Counted from the stretch's first letter, positions 29,649-39,641 are shown. The stretch is DNA of 64,000 bases from a virus (IMGVR_UViG_3300021960_007579:773-64772); one strand, 5' to 3'. Program-made: numbers and translations. The notes: generated by a model from the sequence alone, not told the origin.

Positions 29649-30311
29649 ATGATAACACTATTCGATACTTATGAACAAATGTCAGAGTACGTCGCATCAA
29701 TAGTTGCGGAGGAAATAACAAACAACCCCAACCTACGTTTAGGTTTACCAACCGGATCGACACCGATCGGGATGTACAAAAACCTAATCCAATTCGACTT
29801 GGATTGGTCCAATGTAAAAACTTTCAACTTAGATGAGTATGAGGGGATTAGTCATTCACATCCTGAATCGTATCATATGTTTATGAATAAGAATCTATTC
29901 CTACATGTGAATTTAAATAAAGAGAACATACACTTCCCCGATGATCAGTACGATAAAATTATTGAGGGGTTAGGTGGATTGGACCTAACCATTTTAGGTA
30001 TTGGTCATAATGGTCACATTGCATTTAATGAACCAGGTTCTTCGGTTACCTCTAGAACTAGAAAAGTTAAATTAACTGAAGAGACTATTAGTGCCAACAG
30101 TAGATTCTTCGATTCCATAGACGAAGTCCCAAAGAGGGCGTTTACTATGGGATTAAAGACTATTAGAGAATCAAAGAAAATAATTGTAATTGCCAACGGT
30201 CAAAGTAAGTGGGACATTTTAAATGAGTGTTTCTATGGTGAGTTGAGTAAGGATAGACCCGCAAGTATTTTACAGGTACACCCAAACATTGAGGTCTTTT
30301 ATGCCGGTTAA
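29649..30311 (+). CDS. nagB: Glucosamine-6-phosphate deaminase
   Basis: LGLPTGSTP, TFNLDEY, LGIGHNGHIAFNEPGS, PASILQ. Confidence 0.95.
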   Translation: MITLFDTYEQMSEYVASIVAEEITNNPNLRLGLPTGSTPIGMYKNLIQFDLDWSNVKTFNLDEYEGISHSHPESYHMFMNKNLFLHVNLNKENIHFPDDQYDKIIEGLGGLDLTILGIGHNGHIAFNEPGSSVTSRTRKVKLTEETISANSRFFDSIDEVPKRAFTMGLKTIRESKKIIVIANGQSKWDILNECFYGELSKDRPASILQVHPNIEVFYAG

Positions 30312-30834
30312 TAAACTCATGATTGTTGCCCACCCAGACGATGAAACCCTATTCGGGGGTGGTGAGCTGTTGAAGTGTAAGGGTGAATATAAGGTTGTTT
30401 GTTTGGACTACGGAAACCACTTAGTTAGGCACAAAGAATTTATTTGTGCTATGGAACTTTTAGGTGTTGAGAAATGGGAGCATTGGGATGGGGAACCCTA
30501 TAAATCATCAGTCTCCTATAATGAATCGATACTCATACCTAGATTGGAAAGGGTATTAAAAGAAAGGGAATGGGAAAAGGTGGTGACTCACAATCAAGGA
30601 GGTGAATACGGACATTACAGACACATTGGAACACATAACGTTCTTGTTCGGTTGTGTCCCGAAAAACTATGGGTCTTCGACACCTGTATTGATTACCCCT
30701 TAACTGAGGAGATAAAAATAAAAAAAGGTGAAATACTTAAAGACTGTTACCCAACACAGAAACAAGTCCTTAGATGGTTCAAATGGGATTGTGAAAGAAT
30801 AATCAAATATGATGTGAATCAAGTCCACATTTGA
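30301..30834 (+). CDS. PIG-L/LmbE family N-acetylhexosamine deacetylase
   Basis: VAHPDDE, THN..GEYGHYRH. Confidence 0.85.
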   Translation: MPVNKLMIVAHPDDETLFGGGELLKCKGEYKVVCLDYGNHLVRHKEFICAMELLGVEKWEHWDGEPYKSSVSYNESILIPRLERVLKEREWEKVVTHNQGGEYGHYRHIGTHNVLVRLCPEKLWVFDTCIDYPLTEEIKIKKGEILKDCYPTQKQVLRWFKWDCERIIKYDVNQVHI

Positions 30835-30868
30835 TTTACCATGTATTTATATATAAGAAAAGAATATT

Positions 30869-31144
30869 ATGGAAATAGATTTAAAAAAAATCATTTCGGC
30901 GGTAAGAATTAAGATATCACCTACGGAGGAGCAGAAAGAATTGGCTCTTAAGAGGTTGGAGGTATGTAACGGATGTGAGTTCAGATCAAGGGATATTAAC
31001 AATCCCCTTTGTAGATGTCTTTCATGTGGTTGCTTTATAAATGCTAAAGTATTTACTGATATCTATTCCGATTGTCCGCAAAATAAATGGAGCGAGGTTG
31101 ACAAACCATACTTCAAAGTAAAAAATGAGAAAACATTAATATGA
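30869..31144 (+). CDS. Small Cys-rich protein
   Basis: RLEVCNGC...CRCLSCGC...CPQNKW. Confidence 0.75.
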   Translation: MEIDLKKIISAVRIKISPTEEQKELALKRLEVCNGCEFRSRDINNPLCRCLSCGCFINAKVFTDIYSDCPQNKWSEVDKPYFKVKNEKTLI

Positions 31145-32754
31145 AAGGCGTTTTATTAGCAACAGATTACGTTAAAGACAACGATGGATCATTTAAAATT
31201 TTAGAAACGAATACCTCAATTGTTGTTGCCACAACCTACTTCAAAAATTATTTTAACAGCCAATCGTTTATACAATTAATCAATGATAATGGTATCGACG
31301 AAGTCTATGTGATCCTACCCAAAGGTTCTGGAACTGTCGATGTAAATGATTTAAACAAAAATGAAGGTGACAATATAAGTTATTGGGTATATGCAATTAA
31401 CGATGGTTTGCCGGAGACAACCACGTTTGAGATAAAAGTAAGTCAAAGTAATCTTTTCCCATCCATTGATGTGGAGGACGCCCCAAATAGACTCCTACTG
31501 AGAGTTTGTTTTGATACTAACGCATTAATCGACGAGACCTACGCTAAAGACAACTTCAATTTCTTTAAGTTATTACACGATAACAATTCTTCTAACATTT
31601 GTCCCACGTACTTTAATGATGGTAATGGGATATCTATGGATCTATTAGGGACCGACTTAAGAGATAACGGGGCATATCCAAATTATATAATTAAAAACAG
31701 ATACCCAACATCGGATTATAATGAATATCCCAAGGTATTAAAAGTTAACTCGGTGGAGGATTTAAATATTTTAAAAGGTTCTTTATTACCTGACGAATTA
31801 TTACAGGAGTATATTATTAATACGGATGATTTAGTCGAAGGGAAAATAAAAACCTATAGGACTGTACACCTACTTTATGGTAACGAATTAAATGTGTTAG
31901 ATTTTATGACACCTTATATACACACCAATAGGGTATCCATAGATCCCAACGTTGATTACAAACCTAATGGACAAATTGAATTATGGGAAAGACCTAAGTT
32001 TATACAAAAGATAGGTAACAAAAATTTAAACAAAAATTACCACACCTATTCTGTATCTAAGGTTATTGATTCTAACGGAAACCTAAGGACTGTTAACAGT
32101 ATGTCTGTTGGTGAAAGTGTAAGATCTTTAAGTTTATACAACCTTAATTTAGATAACGATCACAGATGGCCATCTTATAGTGAACCCGTAAGTCAGGTCT
32201 ACTCCAATAGTCCACTCGCAAGTTCTATCATTATCAGTAATAATTATGGTTCTGATTTGGTGGTAATTAGTGAAATAACATTAGAAGATGGTACGATTTT
32301 TTTAAACGGTCTTTTAGGTGTTTGTTTAACGGTAGATCCTACGGATAATGTGGTTTTCCAAGAAGTAAAAAACCTTAAGGTGGGGGATAAATTAGTTATT
32401 CATAGATTTAGCGACGACCAAATGGAAACTAAAACAATCACAGATGTTGGTTTCACATTCAAAGAGGTGACTAGACACTTCTTCGATGTGGAAGAAAGAG
32501 ATTTGTATTTTATTGTTGAGAACTCCGAGTCACCAAGCTACTATATGGTACAACATAACCCTCCGGGAGTATGTTCATGTTATAGGTACGGCTCGGGTTG
32601 TTTTTGTCCAGAACCTTGTATAACAACACTTACGTGTGAACAGCATGGGGATAATTTTGCCCAAAGGGCGGAATGTTGTACCTCGGCTATGATTTGTGAA
32701 GGTAAGGCCGCGGTGGATGAGGGTGAGGCACTTTGTACGGATGGTGAGAAATAA
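31141..32754 (+). CDS. ATP-grasp-like domain fused to a Hint (intein-like) domain and a 64-aa, 10-Cys C-terminal peptide
   Basis: DYVKDNDGSFKILETNT, YIIK, LLQEYI; Hint-like VKNLKVGDKL...FDVE..DLYF...VQHN; Cys-rich tail. Confidence 0.65.
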   Translation: MKGVLLATDYVKDNDGSFKILETNTSIVVATTYFKNYFNSQSFIQLINDNGIDEVYVILPKGSGTVDVNDLNKNEGDNISYWVYAINDGLPETTTFEIKVSQSNLFPSIDVEDAPNRLLLRVCFDTNALIDETYAKDNFNFFKLLHDNNSSNICPTYFNDGNGISMDLLGTDLRDNGAYPNYIIKNRYPTSDYNEYPKVLKVNSVEDLNILKGSLLPDELLQEYIINTDDLVEGKIKTYRTVHLLYGNELNVLDFMTPYIHTNRVSIDPNVDYKPNGQIELWERPKFIQKIGNKNLNKNYHTYSVSKVIDSNGNLRTVNSMSVGESVRSLSLYNLNLDNDHRWPSYSEPVSQVYSNSPLASSIIISNNYGSDLVVISEITLEDGTIFLNGLLGVCLTVDPTDNVVFQEVKNLKVGDKLVIHRFSDDQMETKTITDVGFTFKEVTRHFFDVEERDLYFIVENSESPSYYMVQHNPPGVCSCYRYGSGCFCPEPCITTLTCEQHGDNFAQRAECCTSAMICEGKAAVDEGEALCTDGEK

Positions 32755-32780
32755 AATTAATATAATAGAAAAAAAATATC

Positions 32781-32921
32781 ATGTCAAACGAAAATAAAAC
32801 CTACACAACAATAAGTGAGATAACTCCTATTGTTGATAAGACAACAGAGTCAGACACCGCAGCTTTAAATGCAATATTTCATTCATTTGTCCAAATGATC
32901 AGAGACAAACATTTGATCTAA
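32781..32921 (+). CDS. 46-aa microprotein (not in ORF track)
   Basis: MSNENKTYTTISEITPIVDKTTESDTAALNAIFHSFVQMIRDKHLI*. Confidence 0.6.
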   Translation: MSNENKTYTTISEITPIVDKTTESDTAALNAIFHSFVQMIRDKHLI

Positions 32922-32958
32922 ATTTGATATTATAAAATATTTTTTTTATCTTTCTCTT

Positions 32959-33228
32959 ATGAAAAATATTGAGAAGATACATGAGATGTACCCGGATATG
33001 GATTTTTTACAAGCCGACGGGTTTGATGAAGCAATCGTCGGGGTTGAGCCATTAAGTGGTAAATTAATATATAATATTACCAAGATGATGTGGGTTTTAG
33101 TAGATGAAGGGCTCTCCACTGAGGAAGCAATGGAATACTTAGATTACAATGTTCTTAACTCGTATGTTGGAGAACAAACACCGATTTACATACAATCAAT
33201 AGAAGATTATGATACCAACAATGACTGA
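32959..33228 (+). CDS. Conserved phage hypothetical protein
   Basis: ADGFDEAIVG...EEAMEYLDYN..NSYVGEQTP. Confidence 0.75.
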   Translation: MKNIEKIHEMYPDMDFLQADGFDEAIVGVEPLSGKLIYNITKMMWVLVDEGLSTEEAMEYLDYNVLNSYVGEQTPIYIQSIEDYDTNND

Positions 33229-33421
33229 AGCCTATGAAAAGGCGATCAAGGTTATTAACAGTTGTAAGAATGAGGTACAATTAGAAGGTGCCTTTAATTA
33301 CTGTAATAATTTTAAGACCCAATTCACTATATTGGGTGGAGATGAAATCCTTATTAATATCTATCACAAAGATCTTTTGTCCCATCTCTCAAATATGATT
33401 GGTGAAACTTACAGAAACTAA
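33209..33421 (+). CDS. Hypothetical protein
   Basis: KVINSC..QL.GA.NY motif. Confidence 0.6.
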   Translation: MIPTMTEAYEKAIKVINSCKNEVQLEGAFNYCNNFKTQFTILGGDEILINIYHKDLLSHLSNMIGETYRN

Positions 33422-33947
33422 AATAAAAGATTGTTACATCATTGAATGGGAAAGGTTTGATGATGGGAGAGGATATTTTAATATCCCTTTTAATGTTGAC
33501 GACTTTAATAGTTTAACAGGATTAAATTTTTCGGTAGTCCAAGAGAATGAATCCTATTCCATTAAAAACGTAATAAGGGGACTACACTTCCAAAAACCAC
33601 CGTATGAACAATCTAAATTAGTTAGATGTACACATGGAATGGTGTTGGATGTGATTGTCGACATAAGAGTTGGATCATCCACCTACGGTAATGTTGTAAA
33701 GGTGCCTCTTCATGCGGGGATACAAAGATCTGTCTTTGTCCCTAAAGGTTGTGCCCATGGATTCTCAACCAAATCAAAGTCCGCCATTTTTAACTATAAA
33801 GTGGATAATCCCTACAATAAAGAAAGTGAGGGAGGGATTATTTTTAACGATCCCGATTTAAATATTAATTGGGAATTAATTAAGGGACCATTATTATCCC
33901 AAAAGGATTTAGAACTACCCTTTTTTAAAGATTTGGATATTTATTAA
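33399..33947 (+). CDS. rmlC: dTDP-4-dehydrorhamnose 3,5-epimerase
   Basis: DGRGYF, QENES.S..NVIRGLHFQ, KLVRC, VPKGCAHGF, YKVD. Confidence 0.93.
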   Translation: MVKLTETKIKDCYIIEWERFDDGRGYFNIPFNVDDFNSLTGLNFSVVQENESYSIKNVIRGLHFQKPPYEQSKLVRCTHGMVLDVIVDIRVGSSTYGNVVKVPLHAGIQRSVFVPKGCAHGFSTKSKSAIFNYKVDNPYNKESEGGIIFNDPDLNINWELIKGPLLSQKDLELPFFKDLDIY

Positions 33948-33959
33948 TAAAACATTGTT

Positions 33960-34304
33960 ATGTCAAAGAGAGTAGTCAAATTAAATCAACAGGATATACA
34001 ATCTATTGTATCTAAGATAATTAAAGAGCAAGAGGAGTGGAAGGGTTCGACCGATCCTGAGATAATGGCATTAGGAAAACAAGACCCTGAAGAACAACCG
34101 GGGTTTGAGGACCACGAAGATCAGAATGACATTGACAATTCGGACTTATCACCTGATGATTCAGATAATGAAGAAGTGGCGGGCGGAGACTCTGACGGTA
34201 TCCCTCTAAAACTCGCTAAAGACCCCAACGGTAATTTCTTTATCTTTAAAGACGATGGTACTATGGATAGTAGTGCTTACATGGGTAAGGTTACCAAACA
34301 ATAA
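33960..34304 (+). CDS. Acidic hypothetical protein with leader motif
   Basis: VVKLNQQDIQSIVSKIIKEQ; late motif upstream. Confidence 0.7.
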   Translation: MSKRVVKLNQQDIQSIVSKIIKEQEEWKGSTDPEIMALGKQDPEEQPGFEDHEDQNDIDNSDLSPDDSDNEEVAGGDSDGIPLKLAKDPNGNFFIFKDDGTMDSSAYMGKVTKQ

Positions 34305-34326
34305 TTTTATTTATTAACGTCATGTC

Positions 34327-35181
34327 GTGGGAATTAAATTACTGCCTTTGGTTGAAAATGATCGTAAGATAGCATACTATAAGAATCTCTTTGAGAGAAA
34401 CCCATCAGTATTCTTAGAACCAAACGCAATTAAAATCCCATTCCAATTAAATCTTTTCGACTTCACATTAGAGATCACTCCTGACGATTTAGATCGTTAT
34501 TTAGATGGTGATTGGGTAGTTAGAAAATACACCAATAAAGAAGGTAGAACTGTGTCTATCGGTTTCTTTGAAACGGTAATGTCAGGTGATGCGTGGGAGT
34601 TATATGATTCACACGGATATGATGGTGATTGGGAGAGTGTTTTAGATTATCATATTAATGATGAGAATGAATCTAAAATAAAAGAGATTATAAATAAAAT
34701 GATAACCGACAATGGTTATGATCTCGAAGACTTTGCCGATAGTCCATTACAAGATTTGATTAATGAATTTGATGATGATGACGAGATAAAATCCGCTCTG
34801 AGATGGTCGTTATCCGACGCCGAATCCAACGAGTATGTGGATTATTGTAGAAATCAAATAAAATCCGCATTAGAGGAAGTAGGTAACGTCATTGAGTTTA
34901 ATGACGAATCGATTAAAATCGAGATTCAACTTAGTAAATTAATACCAGATTACTTTAATATCGATATTAATTCTGAAGACCCAAATGAATTTGATGAATT
35001 TTTAGATTGGTTGGAGGATAAATTCGAATTAAATGATTCAGAAAATATATTCGGAGAGTTGTTTTATGATGGGTATAGTGAAAAACCAAGCGTAAGGTTA
35101 GATGATAGATGGTATCCATCTATCGATGATAAAGAATTCAACATGATCCTTTCGGATAGGATATCTGATATAAATTATTAA
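34327..35181 (+). CDS. Highly acidic hypothetical protein
   Basis: 284-aa ORF, GTG start. Confidence 0.7.
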   Translation: MGIKLLPLVENDRKIAYYKNLFERNPSVFLEPNAIKIPFQLNLFDFTLEITPDDLDRYLDGDWVVRKYTNKEGRTVSIGFFETVMSGDAWELYDSHGYDGDWESVLDYHINDENESKIKEIINKMITDNGYDLEDFADSPLQDLINEFDDDDEIKSALRWSLSDAESNEYVDYCRNQIKSALEEVGNVIEFNDESIKIEIQLSKLIPDYFNIDINSEDPNEFDEFLDWLEDKFELNDSENIFGELFYDGYSEKPSVRLDDRWYPSIDDKEFNMILSDRISDINY

Positions 35182-35184
35182 GAT

Positions 35185-36975
35185 ATGAGATTAATAGATA
35201 CAGTTTATGATTTAATTATGGAGGCGGCTCCTGAACAGATCTATCAGAAATACTATTCTGATATTGAAAAGGAGACATTTAATCGTATCATATCTGTTGA
35301 CCCCGCAACAAAGATCGCGGGAGACCAAATTAAAAAGATTGGTAAGTTTTCCAAGTTATTGATTTCCATGTATAAGGACGGTAACTTGAAACCCGAAGAT
35401 TACCCTAAGGCAACCGACTACTTAAACTTGGTTTATAAACACCAAGTACCTGTTGATATGACCAAGATTAAAACTCTTGGTGATTTATTCTCATTAGTTG
35501 AGAAGTATTATAGTAGAGAGACAGGTAATGTGTTTGATCTACTGAATGTTTTAAGTGACGATGAGTTCGATTTAGAACATAGTGGTGATGAATGGTTAAT
35601 ATACATCCCTAAAAATGAGAAGGCGGCAGCTTACTTAGGGACAGGAACTGAGTGGTGTACTGCATGGGGACCATACTCAACCAACCAAAACTATAAAGAC
35701 AGAAAGAACCACTTTGCATCACATAGTGGTCAAGGACCATTATATGTTGTAATAAAGAGAGAAGACCCAACGGAGAAATATCAATTCCATTTTGAAACCA
35801 AACAATTCATGGATAAGAACGATAGGGGTATTAGTCTACCTGATTTCTTTGATAGACAAATTGAGGTTACGGGTTATTTCTACCCTTCACTATATAACAA
35901 TGAACCAGTTTCAGATGAAGAGACAGATAGGATGGGTTTCTTAAGTAATAGACTTTCTGCGACTCTCATTGAGAAAATAGTGGGAGATAACGATAACCCA
36001 ATTGTCGATATTCTCGTTAATAAAGGGGGTGATGAACTGGTTGAAGATTTGAAAAACTACATAACAGACGGTGAATTAGAAAACTTAAGTTACGAATATA
36101 AAAGAGGTGGAGATTTGTTGGAATTTAGTTTTGATGGTGAAGATGATGACTTAAATCAGGTTATGGAGACATCAAACTACTATTCATATGACTCAGACCC
36201 ATATGCAGATCATGGGGAACGTTTAAGAGAGGATATTACTGAGGCGGATGAGGATTGGCAAGATGAACGAGTAGAAGATTTTATAAAACAATTATGGGAT
36301 AGTGGGTATGTAACCTTTACCGACGATTACGACATGTACAAAGAAATGATGATGGCCCATAAAGATGATATCATAAATGATTTTGCTGACGAACACTCAT
36401 ACCTACACGAGGATAGTGTAAGAAACGAGGCAGAAACCCAACTCAACTCAATACATAAATTCATTATGATTGATGAGGGTTACATAATTTCAATACCACC
36501 GTCACAAATGGCGTTGTTTGTTCATAGAGAAAAACTAACCGAGATATCTCATTTAGAGTCTTTCTTCTCCGCATATGTTAACTACCATGGGTTAGTATTT
36601 GAATATGAAAATCCGATGTGGAACATGAATTTAGATTACCCAACCTATGAAGATATGAAATCACATATGGAGGGTTACTGTAAAAAAATACAAGAGGAGT
36701 TTGAACAAAGTCCTGATTGTTTAGAGAAAAGAAGAGAGTTTTCAGAACTTAGAAGTAAGTTCTTTGGTAGTGGTAATCGATATAGTAAAGAGGACATTCG
36801 TATAGAGTTACAAGGTAACTACAACTGTGAAAAAGGAACGGTACCTGTAAAAATTAATTACCTCGAGAAAACTAATCCCGAGGTAAGTAATTGGAGGTAC
36901 TGGAGTGGTGAGATGACTATGGAAAGAATAATCGAATACATCACCAACGAAAGACTTTTAGAGGATTTAAACTAA
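35185..36975 (+). CDS. Large acidic phage protein with GTxWC motif
   Basis: AAAYLGTGTEWCTA...GPLYV...EKYQFHF. Confidence 0.7.
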   Translation: MRLIDTVYDLIMEAAPEQIYQKYYSDIEKETFNRIISVDPATKIAGDQIKKIGKFSKLLISMYKDGNLKPEDYPKATDYLNLVYKHQVPVDMTKIKTLGDLFSLVEKYYSRETGNVFDLLNVLSDDEFDLEHSGDEWLIYIPKNEKAAAYLGTGTEWCTAWGPYSTNQNYKDRKNHFASHSGQGPLYVVIKREDPTEKYQFHFETKQFMDKNDRGISLPDFFDRQIEVTGYFYPSLYNNEPVSDEETDRMGFLSNRLSATLIEKIVGDNDNPIVDILVNKGGDELVEDLKNYITDGELENLSYEYKRGGDLLEFSFDGEDDDLNQVMETSNYYSYDSDPYADHGERLREDITEADEDWQDERVEDFIKQLWDSGYVTFTDDYDMYKEMMMAHKDDIINDFADEHSYLHEDSVRNEAETQLNSIHKFIMIDEGYIISIPPSQMALFVHREKLTEISHLESFFSAYVNYHGLVFEYENPMWNMNLDYPTYEDMKSHMEGYCKKIQEEFEQSPDCLEKRREFSELRSKFFGSGNRYSKEDIRIELQGNYNCEKGTVPVKINYLEKTNPEVSNWRYWSGEMTMERIIEYITNERLLEDLN

Positions 36976-37431
36976 GTAAAGTCCTGACACAATCGTTGCG
37001 AACGCGGCGATCTCCACCCACCAAATAAAGTGATTTACTTTTAATAGTTTCAGGATAACCGCTGAGGCTAACCATAGTATTGCTGGTATCCATGTATGGG
37101 CTTCGACACCTATACCAACTAGTCCACCAACAATACCCACTAAGGCACCTAAGTAGTGGATCTTATCTGTGGATCCTATATTTTGTCTGAAAGCCACCAT
37201 CCCTCCAACAAAACACAAACCTAATCCAGACAAGAAAAAGTAAATGGTGTCACCACTTCCTTGGAATAACATTGCCCCACCTAAAGACCAACAAAAAACA
37301 CTAAAAAGTAATTTTTCTTTCTGAGGTAATTGGTACCAAGAGTCTGATATGGAGTGGATTGGACCGTTAAATTTTTTCATTATGTATGCCACATATGAAA
37401 CGAATACGATTAATTGAAATGTTGTTATCAT
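36967..37431 (-). CDS. Multi-pass membrane protein
   Basis: SISDSWY, several TM helices, IHYLGA, WWVE. Confidence 0.75.
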   Translation of the reverse strand: MITTFQLIVFVSYVAYIMKKFNGPIHSISDSWYQLPQKEKLLFSVFCWSLGGAMLFQGSGDTIYFFLSGLGLCFVGGMVAFRQNIGSTDKIHYLGALVGIVGGLVGIGVEAHTWIPAILWLASAVILKLLKVNHFIWWVEIAAFATIVSGLYLV

Positions 37432-37475
37432 AATACTGTTTTAAGATAAATACTAAAAATTTTTTTTTTATTTTC

Positions 37476-37505
37476 TTGGATATATTGAAATTATCATTAT
37501 CTTTG
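37476..37505 (+). promoter_or_regulatory. Bacteroidota-type promoter
   Basis: TTG-N19-TATCTTTG. Confidence 0.7.
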
Positions 37506-37524
37506 TGTTATAAACATTACTATC

Positions 37525-37815
37525 ATGGAACTAAAACAAGTTAATTTCAAACAAAAACCCTACGGTGGTTGGGCTGGTAGAGTACCATTTCCAAACGGTT
37601 TAGAGGTTTCTATTGTTGCGGGTCAGTTCGCATATTCATCCCCACGTATGGATCTGAACGACCCATATGAGTATGATATGTATGAGGTCGCAGTGTTCAA
37701 AGATGGAGAATTCACAAGGGAATTCTTTATAGACCCATACGACGATGTATTGGGATACCAAGATGTTACTGAAGTTGAAGAGTTACTTACTAAAGTTGAA
37801 AATTATGTTCCCTAA
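37525..37815 (+). CDS. Conserved phage hypothetical protein
   Basis: FPNGLEVSIV...YEVAV...DVLGY. Confidence 0.75.
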   Translation: MELKQVNFKQKPYGGWAGRVPFPNGLEVSIVAGQFAYSSPRMDLNDPYEYDMYEVAVFKDGEFTREFFIDPYDDVLGYQDVTEVEELLTKVENYVP

Positions 37816-37916
37816 GTTTGAAGATTTAGACCCGAAGCTACAAGGGTTTTTTATCGGTGTGGGTGTCACACTGTTAACAGTATTTGTTTTAGGTTTTTAT
37901 TTAACTACATTCAATC

Positions 37917-38504
37917 ATGGTTAAAACTGAAGATAGAGTAGAACTACTCACGGAGATGTTCCATAAGGAGTTAGAGTTCAATAAACTCTACTCTAGAACT
38001 GAAATAGAGGAACTTATGGATAAACGAATGGATTACTATTATAATGTAACCGCGTTAACCTATAACCGTTGGAATAAGGGGATGTCCTATACATGTCCCT
38101 TGTTTGAACACACTGACAGGGGAACTTACCGATACTTAGGTTCCAACTATCCCTACTGTGGTATCGTATCACACTTCCCCCAAGGGGTGTCTGAAGAATT
38201 TATTATTGGCCGGTGGTGGGAAGGTGAGTTGAGATTCACAAACCCTAACATCACGACCTTTAAGGAATGGATTAACTCAGATTATGATGGTGAAAGAATC
38301 TCTTCCATGGGTTCTAAAGTTGTTGTTAACAGGGATGGTAAACAAAATTTTAGGTTCTTACTATCGGAAACTAGTGGTGGACTCACAGATGGTTTCGGTC
38401 ACATATCAATAGAAAGTGGTTTGGGTAAAAACCTGAGAGGTAAACAGGTAGGGGAGAACTTTGAGATGGGTGATGTTGTGTACGAAATAATTTCAATTGA
38501 ATAA
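37917..38504 (+). CDS. Hypothetical protein with GreA/GreB C-terminal-like domain
   Basis: ISIESGLGKNLRGKQVGE...YEIISI. Confidence 0.55.
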   Translation: MVKTEDRVELLTEMFHKELEFNKLYSRTEIEELMDKRMDYYYNVTALTYNRWNKGMSYTCPLFEHTDRGTYRYLGSNYPYCGIVSHFPQGVSEEFIIGRWWEGELRFTNPNITTFKEWINSDYDGERISSMGSKVVVNRDGKQNFRFLLSETSGGLTDGFGHISIESGLGKNLRGKQVGENFEMGDVVYEIISIE

Positions 38505-38505
38505 T

Positions 38506-38997
38506 ATGTTACTTTTTGATAATTTAAAATACAAGATCTTCTGTGACATGGATGGTGTTATAGTGGATTTTGATAAAGGGTATAGTAGGTTACCTGGGGC
38601 TTTAGAATTGGACGGCACTTATCAGAGTACTGATGAGTTTTGGTCCCCAATTAATAAGGCTGGAAGTAAATTTTGGGAAGAATTAGAATGGATGAGTGAT
38701 GGTAAGAGGTTGTGGGGGTATATTGAAGAATATTATCCCATCTTATTATCTTCCCCCTCTCGTAAAGGTTTTGGGTCTAGAGAGGGAAAAAAGAATTGGG
38801 TTGATCGGGAACTACCGGGAACACCGTTGATTCTAACGTATTCCTTTCACAAACAAAAATACTCGGGACCCAACAACATTTTAATCGATGACAGAGAATC
38901 GAATATAAATGATTGGATATCTAAGGGTGGTATCGGTATCTTACACAAGACCGCAGAAGAAACTATTGACATATTAAATAAAAAATACGGGTTATGA
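38506..38997 (+). CDS. HAD-family 5'(3')-deoxyribonucleotidase
   Basis: CDMDGVIVDF, LSSP, ILIDDR..N...W...GG; start position approximate. Confidence 0.85.
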   Translation: MLLFDNLKYKIFCDMDGVIVDFDKGYSRLPGALELDGTYQSTDEFWSPINKAGSKFWEELEWMSDGKRLWGYIEEYYPILLSSPSRKGFGSREGKKNWVDRELPGTPLILTYSFHKQKYSGPNNILIDDRESNINDWISKGGIGILHKTAEETIDILNKKYGL

Positions 38998-39437
38998 GCA
39001 CACTAGTAATGAGCAGGGGCATTGTTGATCAACCATCACAATGGTTGAACATAGGTTTTATTATCTTAACTGTTGGTCTATACTTTATGCACCCTCTGTT
39101 AGGATTTTTGTTTTCATTTTTTCTTTTATGGAAAATATTGGTTCTGCGGTTTTGGACGTGGATTTACACTGGAGACTCAATCGTAGAGAGGAAGGGTGTG
39201 TTCAGTGTTACTACGGAAGAGATACAATACTTTAGAATTAAGGACGTTGAGTTATATGAACCATTTCTTTATCGTTTAGTGGGTCTCTCAAAGATTTATG
39301 TTTATACCTCTGATTGGTCTAAACCAACTATTGTTTTAAATGGAATTTATGATGGTCAGACGAAACGAGACATGATTAAGAAGATGGCACTGAATCATCG
39401 AAGAAAAGAAGGTGTAAGGGAGTTTGACTTTAGATAA
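38994..39437 (+). CDS. Membrane-anchored bacterial PH-domain protein
   Basis: Two TMs, then KGVFS...EIQYFRIKDV..PFLYRLVGL. Confidence 0.75.
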   Translation: MSTLVMSRGIVDQPSQWLNIGFIILTVGLYFMHPLLGFLFSFFLLWKILVLRFWTWIYTGDSIVERKGVFSVTTEEIQYFRIKDVELYEPFLYRLVGLSKIYVYTSDWSKPTIVLNGIYDGQTKRDMIKKMALNHRRKEGVREFDFR

Positions 39438-39458
39438 AAAATTCCGTATATTATTCTT

Positions 39459-39641
39459 ATGAGATATCTAGAGTCAGTTGATTGTTATATTGACAATAAT
39501 AATAGAGTTTATGAGACTGATGTGTACGGTGTTCCAAATTTAAATGAAAGTAAAAGTCTGAAGGATATGCCTGATGAGTGGTGGGATAGAATGAGTCCTC
39601 TCGATTTGGCGAGGATTGATGTTAATGGTGGTTTATACTAA
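39459..39641 (+). CDS. Hypothetical protein
   Basis: 60-aa ORF with upstream promoter. Confidence 0.55.
   Translation: MRYLESVDCYIDNNNRVYETDVYGVPNLNESKSLKDMPDEWWDRMSPLDLARIDVNGGLY

Noticed and set aside
32035-32559. Canonical splicing intein
   Set aside because: No clear Cys/Ser1 block, no endonuclease, and the +1 residue is Pro; treated as a cleavage-type Hint domain
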